A stretch of DNA of 62,220 nucleotides, filler included, from Sphacelaria rigidula (lineage: Eukaryota), in assembly GCA_964200075.2 (NCBI GenBank). It is 5 parts of 5 records of this genome, joined end to end, with 100 filler letters (N's around TTAATTAATTAA, not from the genome) between each part and the next. Parts side by side here need not be neighbours in the genome. Positions count along the whole stretch, not along the records: positions 37,397 to 49,758 come from CAXNAA020003853.1; positions 49,859 to 62,220 come from CAXNAA020003854.1; 3 more parts are not named here. One strand, written 5' to 3'. Below, one piece after another: positions 38,949 to 52,658 of the stretch. Below the pieces are notes generated by a model. The model was not told where the DNA came from, ran no database searches, and saw only the letters and a program-made list of their open reading frames with translations. A program made the position numbers and the translations under genes. How positions within the stretch are numbered: the stretch's first letter is position 1; every line of letters starts with the position of its first letter.

Positions 38949-40591
38949 TCACGGGTCATTATAGTTAAACTCCCCTAGAAAAACCGTCACCTCTCTCGAC
39001 CCGTGACTCTTCGTCAAGTCAAACACATATTCCACAGTCTGTCCCTCCGGCGCTCCATGGCCCGGTGCGGCAACGAAGTCAAGTTGTAGCGATGCCGTCA
39101 TGAGCATGCCAACGGGCCCTGCGGAAGCGACGGTACGGGAATCTTGCGCCCGACTATCCCCACCGGATTCTGCGCCGGAATTCCCGAGTGCAACGGATTC
39201 CCGGAGTGCAACCGATTCTGGATCAGATGGCGAAAGAGCGGTTGGTTTTGCACAAGGCTCAGCGCCGGATTTTCCGAGTGCACTGGATTCGCGAGATGGA
39301 GCAGATTCTTCGAGCACAACACCGCTTTCTGATGATAATCCGGCAGGTTGTGAATATTTGGTTGTCCGGGATACACGAAATGGGGCGCTGAATATTTGTG
39401 GCATGGCGGATTGGCGTGGGGGAAAGGGTGCAGGAAAAAGGTGGGGAGTGAAAAGGCTGCACAAGTGATTTTTTGGCGTAACATGAGCATGGATGGAGAA
39501 TATGAATATTCTGAGGCGTGCCCAGCCCAACGTCAAATGCGTGGGAGGTTGGGATAATCAAAAGTAAAAGTAAAGTTTCGGAGCAAAACATGGCCACGGG
39601 GGAAGAGCAAGGAGCAAAGAGCAAGTGCTTTCGTTCATCACCGTCAGGAACGCACGTCAAGCTGCGGGCGAACATCGACCGTGAAGGAAGACTAGACATG
39701 TCAGAGCACTCGCACAGCTTTGAGAGTCTCGACTTGACCACGTGCGTGCCGTGACAGCACACGGTAAACACGGCAAGCACGGCAAGCACGCAAGCACGGC
39801 AAGCACGGCAACGCATCATGTGCGGGTATTCACTGCTGACCAACAATCCGCAAACTCTTCCCGTCACGCTATGAATTTTCAATCCTCCCATTTCTCGGGA
39901 TGAACCCGTGCTCTAGTAGTTTCAAGTCTCAAGTCTCAAAGTCTTCACGAAACAACCCATCTCTCCCGCGGCACACGCCTTCCGTCCGACTGTTGCGGAA
40001 TGGATCATGACTAAAGTATCAATACTCCCGCACCTCGTCGACTCCCGTCATACGGATTTTCATTGCTACCCACGTACTCGTGCTTTCAACGACAAACGTC
40101 AGATATTTCCCAGAAATAAATAATGAGTCCACATCTGTCGATATTTGAATCTGCAACCGTCCATCCTTCCCGGCTGCAGTTGTACTCTTCATTTACAACA
40201 CCGGGGCGATGGGGGAAACTAATCCTGAGGAGTCTCTAAGACGAGAAAATTCTTTCAAGATTTTCTTCGACTTTTTCGATAAATTGCTTTTTTCTTATTT
40301 CCGACTTGTTCGGGAATTCAAATACAGAAAACAAATCAGACAAAAGATTTCGGAAATATTGTCATCTTAAATTGATCTATTGCTTGGCCTGGTTGGGAAA
40401 TCTGCTCTCACATGTTTCGGACAAAACCTTTTATTTTGCGAGAAAGTCGGAGATTTCGGGGGGGGGGGGGGGGAAAAAAAAGCGGTTAATAATACTGCCT
40501 GTATCCCCCCCCCGCAAAACGAAAAAAAACAGCCACAACTAAAAGACCNNNNNNNNNNGTTGTTTTTCTTTTTGTGGTTTTTTTGTGTTTT

Positions 40592-40642
<51 letters not shown>

Positions 40643-43600
40643 AAGAAGACGCGTTAATAATACTGCCTGTATCCCCCACCGGCAAAACGAAAAAAAGCAG
40701 CATCATCTAAAGTACCCACTCATAAACCAAAACCAAAAAGCATCACAAGGCTAATACCCAGTACAGTACCTACCTGATAATTCGAGCACCCGTCAGCTTC
40801 GTTCCAGGGAACGAAACGGTCATGGACTCTAAGTAGCCGCAGCGGGCACCATCCGCTGTGTCGCCTACGGCTATGCTCCATGTACAACGGTCTCCTTTAG
40901 CCGGGGTACAATTATAGCTCAGCACTAGCGTTTCTGTTCGTCGGTACACCTGCCGGGGATGGCGCCAACAAGAAAACGCGGCTGTAGGGAGAAAAAACAC
41001 ACGTGGAATACTGGACGTACCCCGAAAACACGTGCGTCGACATCGAATTTTTCGCGATGAACATGAAACAAACATGAAACGAGCATTGAACAAACATTGA
41101 ACAAACGTTCAAAAACTTCGAACGAACATCAAATAAACATTACGCAAACATTAAGCGATCATTCAACAAACATCAAATAAAGCGCACAGCGGCAGCATCA
41201 ACAAATAGAACGTCTCGAAAGTTCGGAAAATCAACTTTTCTTGTCGGTGGCGTAATCTTTCGATGTGTGATCGCCAAAATGTCATCATCTCGACAACTTC
41301 TGATTGCGGGCTTTCTTTTTCACAACTCCAACAGGGAAACTCATTTCGCGGAGGGAGAAAACAAAGGGTTCCGAAACGGTCTGTAATAGCCAGCTACATG
41401 CTTACGCTTACAAATGTTATGCCGACAGAGTAGAACCAGTTTCCGAACTTGTCTTCCAATAGTGTACTCACAACACAGGAAACACGTGTGGCCCAGTACT
41501 GCACAGTGTCAGGTTTCTCTTGAGTCATTCGACCGCGATTCACTGAGAGATCTTCGATACGAAGGCGCAGTTAAAGTATATTATATAGTATATGGACAGA
41601 ACAAGTCACAAGTGAGTCCGCAGTGCGCATAATCATGGGGCGAAAAATGGACACCTTCGAAAAAAAAACGATGCACCTACCGCACGCCCAACGATTCTCT
41701 AGTCGTCATTTTGGACGGCTGAGACTAGACCCGGAAAAAATGGAAGACGACTCATCAGAGTCAACGTCCACCACAAAATTCCAAAAATAAGGAACGATTC
41801 AGACTCGACTCGTACATGACCGAATTCGAAAAGTACCTTCCACTAACTGAACGATCACGACTCAAACGTGTAGTCATTGGAAGCGTGAAACCTCAACACC
41901 TCAACCAGGACCTCGAGTCGTCGTAACTGCAAAATATCGATTGTGATATTGTTTCATGGAAATCCAACTCGGCAAGCATCCACAGAAGGTATAGGTAGAC
42001 ACGGCGAGTAGACCTATTTGTCGGCTACGGAGGTGTAGCTTCTGAGAAGACTAGTAGTGTCCACTCAGTGCCCTGCGCGCAAACATATCGGGCCACGTGA
42101 AATGATTATGACAATGGATGATTACCTTCCAGATTCTGAGGTACTAAGCTACTAAGCTATTATGGCATCAATAGGAAGCCAGCCGCGGTCATTAGACACA
42201 AGATACACCTGCACCCGACATAACTAAGCCGGAGCTCTCGCTCAAATAACCTAGGAAACGACAAGTATCAGAACGAGATGATAGAACAGACCGTGCAAAC
42301 TGATGAAAAGGAAGACGAGAAAAAAAAAGGTAACGAAATAGCCCACCCATCCACCGATTGATTTGATTTGATTTGATTGATCGATTGATTGATTGATTGA
42401 TTGATTGTCACACTTTGAGTGATCCCCCAGGGATTCAGTCTTACCGTGGTCATTTTCCACAAGGTAGATGATACCACAGTAAAGATGCGGAGTTACGGGT
42501 CACGCGGGAAAAAGTGTTCTTCATTGCTGTGCTTACCGGGATCGGCAGTCGCAGTTCCTGCATGACGCAGCGCATCACCGCGTCGATCTTGCCTCTGATG
42601 CTCAACACCGCCTTTTTATCTTTGGCAGTTGGCTGCAGGTTCACGATCACCTATACATGCATACGTTCAACAATGTTTTAACTACAAATTATTATGGACA
42701 ATGACCACGCGTGCCAGCATGTATACATCCATCCATATCCATATCCATAATATTTTTTTCAAACCTGTAACCCCTCCCCTCCCCCAGGAAGAGTCCGTTT
42801 TCCTCAAGAAACCAACCCATTTCTCCTCCTGTAGAGTAGATGAGGAATACTGCAAGTATCTTCCGCCCATATGCTTTTGCCAGATTTGCGCGCAATCACA
42901 GTACAAAGTGAGAGAAAGCGTAAGCGGGAACAGCGTTATCTACCTCGATTCTTACACCGCAAAACAGGAAGCAATACGGCAATGTTATGAGGACTAACGC
43001 AGTCGGCAGCAACTTGAGCAACCAAGGCGACAGGACACTTGACCAACCAGCTATTTTCATGAATATGCTGTGAAGCAGAAGAATCTACTTCACTCACACC
43101 CCGCTGTAGCTGTTGTCGCGAGGATTCACATGATCGGTTGATTGGTTGTCGCACACTAGCTGAACCGATCCGTCATGAATCCAGCCGCCCAGCCGTCTCA
43201 ACAACATAAACGTACACGACGCTAACAAAACGGACTCGCCAAGGTGAAACTCGACCAGTCAGGAAAAAAAAACGAAGAAAAAACATAGTTCCTCCCTCTC
43301 ACAAGTCTGGGCACTTACGGTGTACGAGTCCTTCATGGGGTGATATTTGATTTTCCATCTTTTTATTGCATTTGCCGGCGTTTTCTTCAGCTAAAACCAA
43401 GATTTTTTCTACAGCATGGGTGCTTGATCCATGCAGTCGCGCGGCCGAGGAGAAGTAAGTCGGTCCAACAATGGCAATTTTCCGCTCGTTTTCCCGGGGA
43501 AGCATGAGAGACGCGGGAACACGAAAAATCGCGAAAAATGGGCCAGAAAACGTGAAAATCGCGAAACCATCATTGATTTTGGACATGTCCGTGATATTAA

Positions 43601-45514
43601 CCTACGCACGCCCCATCCAACGTTTTGTTCGCATGTAATTGCTAGCCTCGGCATGAAAACGTCCACAATCGGTCAATGATGGGGTATGAATGGATCAAAA
43701 AGGGTCAACATGGGGTATATTTCGACATAATTTTAGTGATGAAAACATTTTTTTCCTTCTTTTCATTTGCTTCATCTGAGCTTTACCTCCCAAACGAACC
43801 CAACCATAGGATGATCGTCAACGTTGAAATACGCAAACGCTTAAACGCCCATAAGTGCTCAGACTTATGAGACAGAGGAAGTATATGTCAAGTGTTACAA
43901 GTGATTGACTCGCTCCACGAGACCCCCTGAATTGACCCCGGAGGTGGAGTCTTTTTCTTTTTTATATCTTGTGTGACACAGTACTGCCTCACGCTAAATA
44001 CCACTCCCTCGCGGACAACACTTCTGTTCAACCAATGTTCACCTATTCTTGGCACCGTGTCGATATCTACCGTTATGGGTGGGAATGAGGTCCGATTTTG
44101 GGCACTACATTTTGGGAAAGTGTGCATCGATTCCCGTCTACGGAAAAAATGAAACCCAAGCGAGCAAATCAGTATCAATCTCAAGTGCACGCATCAACTC
44201 AAAGTAACGACCTGGCCCATATGAAATATACAATAATTATTTTTCTAGTACATTTTTATATCAAGCCCGTGACTGACGTTGCTGTACACCTGCACATAGA
44301 AGCACAACAAAAGGAGGATAGAAGCTGCTGCTCGTGCTGCTCTTGTGCCCCTGGTGTTGCACTAGGGTACTACTGCTGCCAAGTGCTGTAGCACTCGAGG
44401 AGCACATGCCCGCGAGCCACCACACCACGTTCACCGCCCTTGTGAACACCACGAGACAAAAATACGAGCAGCAATAGTAGCGGTGGCCGCCACACACCAC
44501 AGCAGCAGGAAATGTTTTCATGGCATACTACTGGTACCGCCAAGATGCTGCCGGTCTGAAGCTCAAAAGCGCCAATCTTTCAACGCGGATTTCTCGGCAA
44601 CCAAGCAGAGATTGGCCCGCGGTTTCTTGCGTGCGCTTGCCACACACCCAAACTAGGGGGCCATAGAATAGATTTCCTTGACGCGTTCCACAAACGCTAC
44701 GTCAAACCAAAATATACTCGAAAACTGTTTTTTGCCGGTGTGGCGATCTGAGCAAACTTATTTCATTACCCCCTAGCTTTTATGTGTGCGTGGGGCTGTA
44801 AAGTGCCACGGGTCGGCTTGCTTCCTGTGCCGAGGAGAACGCGACGAAAGTACTACAGTTGTCGTATATTAAAGCCAAGTCAATTGAGGACAAAGCGCGT
44901 GTCTCATTCGGAACAGCCCGGAACAGCTGATGACGCGTTCATGTTTCCGCGCGTTATTTTATTTTCCTGCATCCGTTTTTGTGGTCGTTTCGGCCCTCAT
45001 TCCCACCCATGACAGTCTTGTGTCAAGAAAAAGTGAGGGCCCCTTTACAGTCGGGTCCCGCTACAGTGCTGTAAAAACTACTTGTCACAAGTCTGACCCA
45101 CTATACTATCATCACGTAACCGCACTACTCCAGTACAGTGAGGGGTCCTTGCATAGTACGGTCATACTGGGCTGGTGACCCCAGCACACTATACGGGGAC
45201 GCCCCCGTATGTTGTATACCACTCCCGCTACGGTACATCCCCGTGATGAGTTTCCGGGCCCCAAACGTTCATTGCCGGATATTTCTTGACGTGGCATACG
45301 GTGGCATACGGTACGGTACATACCATCTTGCTCGCTTTCGCAGGAAGATCTTTGGAAGGAGAAATTTGCAACGAAGTCCCCAGGCAAAGGCTCACACCTC
45401 CATCGACCTCGCAAATGTCAGACAGCTCTACGGCTTGTTCGTAGTCCCTTAATTCATCCTCCCAGTCTAGCAGTACATCCACCAGCTCTTCTCCGCAAAA
45501 CGGACATCGTCGCC
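38949..45514 (-). CDS. SIRT6: NAD-dependent deacylase, class IV sirtuin (SIRT6/SIRT7/plant SRT1-like); 3' half only
   Basis: Exons 45514-45324, 42650-42537, 40949-40774 and 39387-38949 join in phase. They give GRRCPFCGEELVDVLLDWEDEL (second Zn-ribbon CxxC plus the class IV LDWED motif), CLGTSLQISPS, and VIVNLQPTAKDKKAVLSIRGKIDAVMRCVMQELRLPIP, followed by a C-terminal extension. N-terminal exons were not found on this scaffold. The symbol indicates the closest family, not proven orthology. Confidence 0.9.
43288..43881. mobile_element. Stowaway-like MITE (Tc1/mariner superfamily) in a sirtuin intron
   Basis: About 33-bp imperfect TIRs: TA|gttcctccctctcacaagtctgggcacttacgg ... cccataagtgctcagacttatgagacagaggaag|TA. 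The right end read inward is CTTCCTCTGTCTCA, similar to the Stowaway terminus CTCCCTCCGT. Confidence 0.75.
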
Positions 45515-46079
45515 CTGAGGTGGAGAAGTGCGAATCATGCAATGACGGAGGAGGGTACATCAACAGAGGGGGGTAGTTTCCGTTCATTTCCCGCGTTTGC
45601 TCAACTCGCAGTGTGAAGCACATATATACAAAGGCTGACTCCATTCGACCCACGGGTGCTACTACGAGCATCAGGCTCTGTTATCACGACTGCATTGCAG
45701 TGGGTAGGTACCATCGAATGTACAACACGTGACTACATGACTACATGGCTACAACAGAGTGTGCACACCATGGGAGGCATTCCATATACCTACTATCGCG
45801 ATATAGTTGGTGACGTAGTTGATTCATTTGATTGCCGCACGTTGACGTTAACTGATCCGCGAGGGGTCCAGCAGTGATCATTATCCGCAAGATAGACGTA
45901 CCTGAGGTGAAACGAAACGGAAGCCCTCGCCAAGGGAAATTGGAGAAAGGGAGACTAATGAATACAAACGAAGCGAGAACAAACGGCGTAAGCCCAACAG
46001 GAACGCGAGACAAACCACACAGAAACACTGAAGGAAAGAAAAGGAAAGGAACGGAGAATGAGAACACGACAAATCTAAG

Positions 46080-46410
46080 GGAGGTGTTGGGTAGGATACG
46101 TATCCATGTGTACCCGGCTATCATACAATACCCTGAGTAGGCTATTTACTCTACCCAACTATGGGGTAAATTGGGTACGACCTCGATTACTCTACCCAAA
46201 TATTCGGTAGAGTTGGGTACGACCTGAGTCCACCCAATTATTGGGTAAGTACTCGCGGTAATACCCGGGTATGGAGTATCATTTACGTATGACCCCAATA
46301 CCCTACTCAAATTTCGGGTATAGATGGGTACGATCTCAATACTCCACCCAATATTTTGAGTACTAAGAGCTCGACTTTTCCAAATACCCGGGTATCGCGT
46401 ATACCCCACC
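46080..46410. repeat. Degenerate short-period repeat (gggtacgacc / tactctacccaa / tacccgggta)
   Basis: Recurring gggta and taccc motifs in both orientations at roughly 40-bp spacing. Confidence 0.65.
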
Positions 46411-48379
46411 AAACACACACTTCGAATAATCGGTCCAAATGAAGAAAAAAATTATAGCAATAAAATAGGAACGCAAGCAAGAAACGAACGAACGAAGAAA
46501 GGAAGAGAGGAGATAGTAACCAAGAAACAAGAGATAGAAAGCCCCTGCACAACGGTTTCAGATGGAAAATAAATAAAAAAGTATGAGAAAAGAAAACAAA
46601 ATGTGGAAGCCATCTGGAGACCCACACCGATTAAGCGTTGGCAAAAAGAAACCCCCACATAGTATTAAAAAGTCGGAAGTTGCTTTAGTACAAGAGCTTC
46701 ACGCAGCGGTCAAGTACACCACGGGCGGTCATAACTGCTTCGTGCAGCGCGCTAGACTCAAGCGCAAGTGCTGGGAGTTTCCGTTGCGAAGGCTTCACGC
46801 AGCCTAGGCAAAAGTCGATCCACGAGGAAAAGCCGTGGCAAGTTAGGCTTTTATGCAATTCGAAGACACAAAAGCGCCCCGTTGGAGGTGATAAAGGAAC
46901 CCAACGGAGCAACAAGTAGTAAGTAGTGTCCAGGGTGAGCTTTTGTGGCGATAGACGTGATGGGCGTGATGGACGTGCACGACTCAAGCCGTTCGAAACA
47001 GGTGCAACGAGACGGAAGTTTTACGCGATCGTTCCAAAGCTTCCGGAAGCGAAACGTACTCGCCAATACCAATGTATGAGCAGTGGAACACACATGTCAA
47101 GCAAAGCAATATACAGCGCGAGAACACAGCGAAAAAAAAGTTGGTGTACTTGCTTCACCGAAAAATAAGTCGAAACACGAAGCGCCACAAGGACTCAATG
47201 TCGCGTGCCGTTTTGCCGGTAAATCCAGCAGATCGACAATCACTATCACGTAAATACCCTTCATCAAAGGACATTGAGAATCGACCATTTCCCCACCATG
47301 GTATTTTCTACACATGGGATGGGGTGTACTCATGATCATGCATGCCATAGTCACAAGGCCATTATGGGATGGGGTGGGGGGTGCGAACTCTGATTTCAAT
47401 TGAATTGGTTTTCGCACATCAAGTGATCCTCGAGGGATGTGTTTATGTATTTAGCCCGGTCATTATCCACAAGACAGACGTACCCGAGACAGACAAAACG
47501 AAAACACTCGCTCAAGTAAACTCGACACACCAAGACACAGGGAGACACAGGGAGACGGCGAAGAAGCCATGACACAACAAACGGAGTGACCTGAACAAAA
47601 ACGATACACAAAACAAAAAATAATAGAAAAGAGTAAACGAAAGGAAATAAATGGAGAAGAACAACAAAAAGCCATCACGACGAAAACAGCGGTGATTCAG
47701 AGTCAAAAAATGCCTCTACTCGTGGGGAAAAAAAAACTTCACAGTATTTCGTACTGACGAGACTTCTACCCCTCAAGCATGACGTGATAGTCACGTAGGT
47801 CATCGAGTCGGACCGCGACAGGGCGACTATGTGTTCCTCCTTGTGTCAAGGTTAATAGTTAGTATAGTGACGGGGCCACATCGCGTGCGAGAGAAGAGCC
47901 GACCTGCGAGCCAACCTTTTTCCAGCCTCCAAGTATGACAGTCCTCGGGTGAGAAACGGACATCCGTTCGTGAGGAACGGCCCCGAACCTACGCGGGGGG
48001 AGAAAACATCCCGAAGTGTGTGTGTGGGCGTGTTGCATAGGGATCTGGCATGCTTCTCAGGCTAGCATCGGAGAATACAACACCCTCACCCAAGACTCGA
48101 AAGCCGCCAACCATACGTAGGACGCAACGAAACCGCCATTACTCTTATCACTGTGTTACTGTATTACCGTTTTACTGGATTACTGTACCCTTCGACCAAC
48201 CCTGTTGTGCAGTTCTTGCTAGTGCCAACATTATATGAGTAGTGCGCTAAAATTCGACGGGTCGCGGGAATGGTCATCATCCAATGAGCGATAATGAACC
48301 GCAAAGTGGGCACCGGGAGAGAGATGGATGGATGGCATCATACTGTATCACGGACTCGTCCCGAGGGTGGGGTAGAGTG

Positions 48380-48880
48380 GTCATTTGTTGCTTGCCTGAC
48401 AATAGTATAATAGTCATTCACCACTGACCACGCATCCATGTCGAGACAGACGGAGCACAGGTCCTACTCTCAATGGAGACACCTCAAACATTTGGGCGCT
48501 CATTACTTTTTTTCCATACATTACACAAATACCTTGTACATATCTTATCCCCTTCCTGTTTCGCCGTCTGTGGCCACCATTCATCTCCTAGTATAGCCAT
48601 CGTTTTTTCCCTACAGTCTACTGCATCAAAATATTTCATGCCCCCTTCGCTTTCATCCCGTATTTGCCTCTTCAAGACGCTGCCTTCTTCCTTGTATAGT
48701 TCACATTCTGCCATCATATGCCTTTCACTCTCTATTACTTTGCCACAGAGGCAATTCCACGCATCTACCTTGTCCTCCACTCGACTACTGGTGTATCCCT
48801 TTTTTCTTTCTGGCAGGTCAAGGTCGCCACCCGAAATTACACTTGCAACTTGTTCGCGTAGTCCATTGCATCGTGTAGAT
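48380..48880 (-). mobile_element. 5'-truncated non-LTR retrotransposon: ORF2 C-terminus with CCHC-type zinc knuckle and 3' end
   Basis: ORF 48484-48975 contains GDLDLPERKKGY...CLCGKVIESERHMMAECELY...ILGDEWW...LCNVWKK. The 3' end (gatgcgtggtcaatgg...gcaacaaatga) recurs at about 15550-15720 (-), 25330-25475 (+) and 35949-36015 (-). Confidence 0.8.
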
Positions 48881-49099
48881 ATGTTTTTATCCCTATCGCT
48901 TCTCTCGATCAACCATCGCTTCTCTCGATCAACCATCGCTTCTCTCGACCAATCCCTATGGTTCCTCTGTACCACAAGTCTGGTCGGTCATGTTTGTACG
49001 AGCCCTTGCCCGTGTCCGATCTGATTTCCATTTTTTTCTTCTTCCATGCCGTTTTTTTGGTTAGAAGCACATTTTTTTTTTGCAGCTCGCTGTTGAACT

Positions 49100-49720
49100 A
49101 TGAGGCCGAACGGCCGCAACAGAATTAGTCGGCCCAAAAATGGCCGTATTTCGCCTCTGACGCTACTTTCTCAGTAGCAAAAAAAGTATCGGAAAAAAAA
49201 AGTCTCGTCCACGTAACCGCAGATGAAGCCGATTCGGCGAAGCTTCTGAGCAGGGGAAAGGGAGGGTTTGGTGCGGCAAGCCACTTTTGCCGCCCCTTCT
49301 TTCTTTAATCACCGCCGCACGGTCTCCGTACCGTAATCCAGCCCAATGTCTTTCAGCTGATCGGACACCTGCCGGAGCGTAAATGATCGATTCTGCTTGT
49401 TGACGTTTTTCAGCGCCGTAACCTCTGTTGGCGTGAGGAGCGACAGGCGTCCAGTCCTTCTGTTGTTCAAAAGATCGACCTCCTGGGTAGCGTCGATCTG
49501 GGCTTCGGCGTTTTCCCACAATTTCGTCGGGTACTCGCGACCAACACCGTAGCGTTCGCAAATTGGCCCCAGCGAGCCCTTGAGCACCCTCACCTTACCC
49601 GGTGGAGTAGCGAGCGCGACCTCCATCGTAATCGCATGGCGGCGACTCGATTGTAGCTCGTCACCCGTTCGGCGACGGGGGGGGGGGGGGGGGTTGCCCG
49701 GGGCACGTCCCCCGTTTGCT
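49100..49720 (-). pseudogene. Truncated IS630/Tc1/mariner transposase, N-terminal HTH region
   Basis: Translation reads ICERYGVGREYPTKLW...RRTGRLSLLT...TLRQVSDQL...ETVRR*LKKEGA...KPSLSPAQKLRRIGFI. This fits a paired HTH plus the KPxL linker, with an in-frame TGA at 49309-49311. The DDE domain is absent. Confidence 0.75.
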
Positions 49721-49758
49721 TCTTTCTGGGGGGTTGGGGTGTGATTTTTATGGGGAAT

Positions 49759-49858
49759 NNNNNNNNNNNNNNNNNNNNNNNNNNNNNNNNNNNNNNNNNN
49801 NNTTAATTAATTAANNNNNNNNNNNNNNNNNNNNNNNNNNNNNNNNNNNNNNNNNNNN
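49759..49858. other. Artificial scaffold linker
   Basis: Same N44-TTAATTAATTAA-N44 structure. Confidence 0.98.
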
Positions 49859-51380
49859 GTATACAGTTTGCATCAGCTTCTCTCGTTACTAAATTAATCT
49901 TGCCGTGGCCGCGAGCGCTGGCGCCGATGCCAACGGCAGCAGCCGTCATGTTGACGGGTGCAAGCAGTACCCTGGCGGTGCAGTATATTCGCACAGTGCT
50001 GTGCGTCGCTTATTTCATTGGAGCATGGGGTCTGGCCCAGCCGGTCGAGCGGTGTATACTGGTGCTGGTTGCGTGCCTGTACCCAGCAGTGCTCGGTATC
50101 GCGCAAGTGATGGGTCCGGGTAACATGAAATTTTAAATTTTCAACAGTCAAGTGTGTAGACAGCACTGCGTCCTGACTGATACCAAACGTTACAGCTTGG
50201 TTACAGAGAGACGAACAAAACAATACAGCACATCAAGTAATCTCAGCGGAGACCAAACCGTCTTCGCAAGGTCTAAGCACACCCCAGAACAGTGATAGCT
50301 ACAGCACACGAGAGCGGAAGTGAGTGTCTTTGTGCTGCAGTACAGTGAGACAAGACATGTCCCATGTTTCAGTTCTTCGGCTGATTTCGAACGAGCCCTC
50401 AGTGCTTGCAGGGTGCTGATCTTGAACGCTCGGACATAATCGCCCTTCGCGCAAATATTTTTATTTTCGCCCAAGATACAGGCAGCCATGGCAGCAGCAG
50501 AGGCGGCCTTTCACTCCTGCGTGCGCAACCTGGGGCAAACGTACGCTGTAGCAACACCACGAAGAGCTTTACAAAATGATATTCCGTGCACGTTGACCGC
50601 AGATACAAACGGTTGCGTGCATGATGTGGCGAACTGCATAGGGCAGCGCGAAATCAATGCAGCGCAGGGATAGGCTGAGGATGTGTCGTTCTGTGGTGTG
50701 CTTTGTCACCCTGCATCCCCCCGCTGTGCAGTGAGCAGGTAGTACCACCGAAGGCGTAACGTCGCGGTTGGTACGCAGTGTCGAACCCATAGCAGCAAAC
50801 AGCATATTTCTTGTACAACAGACGAGGATGTGTGTTTGAAGACCGATGCGGACAGAGTGCGATCCGTATCTAGAGAAATCTGCACTACCTCGCCCTGTTC
50901 TTGTTGATACATGAATCTATTTAGCAAAAAACGCTTGTAACGTGTGCTATGACGAATGCCATGCGTCATGCAGCATTCTCCCATGTGCGGCATCGCCCGT
51001 GAAGCGAGCCGTTGAAGCTAACAGTGCCCAACCATATTTTCGCGATGACCTCCTGTCTGAGCTCGAGATAATTGAAACTGCGGAACATGACTTCAACTTG
51101 TAGAACGCACACCTCACCGTGATTAAAGCTTCCATATTATCGGAAAGAAACATTACTGTGAGGGCATCTGTCTGTTCTATCCCTTTTCCATTCCATTTCA
51201 ATGTATGAAGGGATGGGAAAATTGGAGGCGCGATGCGAAGCAGAGCAATCTATAGAAATGAAGATGCCGATTCCACAAATGGACAATTGAGTGCCAGACG
51301 TGCCTATTTGTGGAATCGGTGTTACTTTCATTTGGCAGGTTTCTGCGTAAACCGAATTACCCTGGCTATCAAGGGGTTAG

Positions 51381-51779
51381 TACGAGTTGGGCCACCCAAG
51401 ATACGAATAGGAACGTTGACACGCGAACCCTGAGCTTGATTTTGAGTCTTGTTCGATGAAATTTTGACATGATGTACGGGACGGGACGTATATGCGAAGG
51501 CCTCTTCTTGCCCTCACCCCCTCCCCCCCTGTTTTTTTCCTCTCTTCGTGAGTTATTGACAAGTTTATTCCGAAAAATGTTCCGAAATGTTCCGTGGCCA
51601 ATAACTCACGAGGAAAAAAACACGGGGGGAACGAAGAGGTCTTCGCACATACGTCCTGTACATCGAGTCAAAATTTACTCGAAAACGACTCAAAATTGAG
51701 CTCGGGAATCGCGTCTTTTTTTCGAAATCGACTCGTCTGCTTCTACGTTCGGCTCGGAGGTCTTCACAAACCGCTCGTT
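51381..51779. mobile_element. Palindromic MITE related to the 'tacgag(c/t)tgggcc' terminus family
   Basis: Begins tacgagttgggcc. Arms at about 51420-51560 and 51600-51715 are inverted (ttttgagtc...aaattttgac...gacgtatatgcgaag vs cttcgcacatacgtc...gtcaaaattt...gactcaaaa). Right end is approximate. Confidence 0.7.
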
Positions 51780-52658
51780 GGTTCGCACACTGCTACCAGA
51801 CGCCTTGGAGCGTTGTGGGCCTCGTCTGCGTGCCATCTCAGGGACTGCGCGTCTAGTGAGACGTGTGTTGTTGTACAATTGCAGCTTGTGCGGCACCACG
51901 CGACAACCGACTGTAACCGAGAATCTAATTTCAGCAGGGTTTTTGGCTAGTTCCGCCGCACATGGCACCCTCAACTCTCTACACTTACTTCGGCACTTGA
52001 CTACACTTTGATATTCGTTTGATGAGACCTTGTCGATTGCAGTGCTACATGGATTTGAAAACGGGCGCTGATGTGCTGATGACAACGATGTGTCATAGTA
52101 GGCACAACTCGCGATACAATGTCGGTTAGAACGGACTGAAGGAAAGTGAGCTTCGGCAGCCCAGCACGTATTCCGAAAAGTTAAGTCGTTGGGTATATAA
52201 TCCGAAATCAAGGAAACACCACATCATTCGAAAGTGTGGCGTGTTCATACGCGATACGCGCCTTCACTGTATTTATCGGCCGAACATTCTTGGAATGCAT
52301 GCCATCCTGTGCGAAAATATAACCAAACCTGCTAGAAGTAGAACGATGCAATAATGAGAGGAATGTTCCGATAGGTGGGATGTATGTCTTCACTCGCCTT
52401 ATTTCATGTTCGTTCGACACAACGTATCGTTCCGTATTAATTCTCCCACAGCTGACGACTCCGAGTTTTGGATGTATTCCGTAACGTCGCACTCTCATTA
52501 ACACTTTGGCTGCTAGCTATAGGGCAGGCGACTTGTTGAATAGCTATCAATTGCACTTGACGTTCAAGGATGTTCGAGTTCCATCCATTGATGACACACA
52601 TCAGTCAACGTTGCCCATTGAAGAGCCCACCATGAATCCGATGCTGGACACTAAATCT

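Noticed and set aside
49309..49311. In-frame TGA as possible selenocysteine or readthrough
   Set aside because: It lies in a truncated transposase at a likely Trp (TGG) position, consistent with ordinary pseudogene decay.
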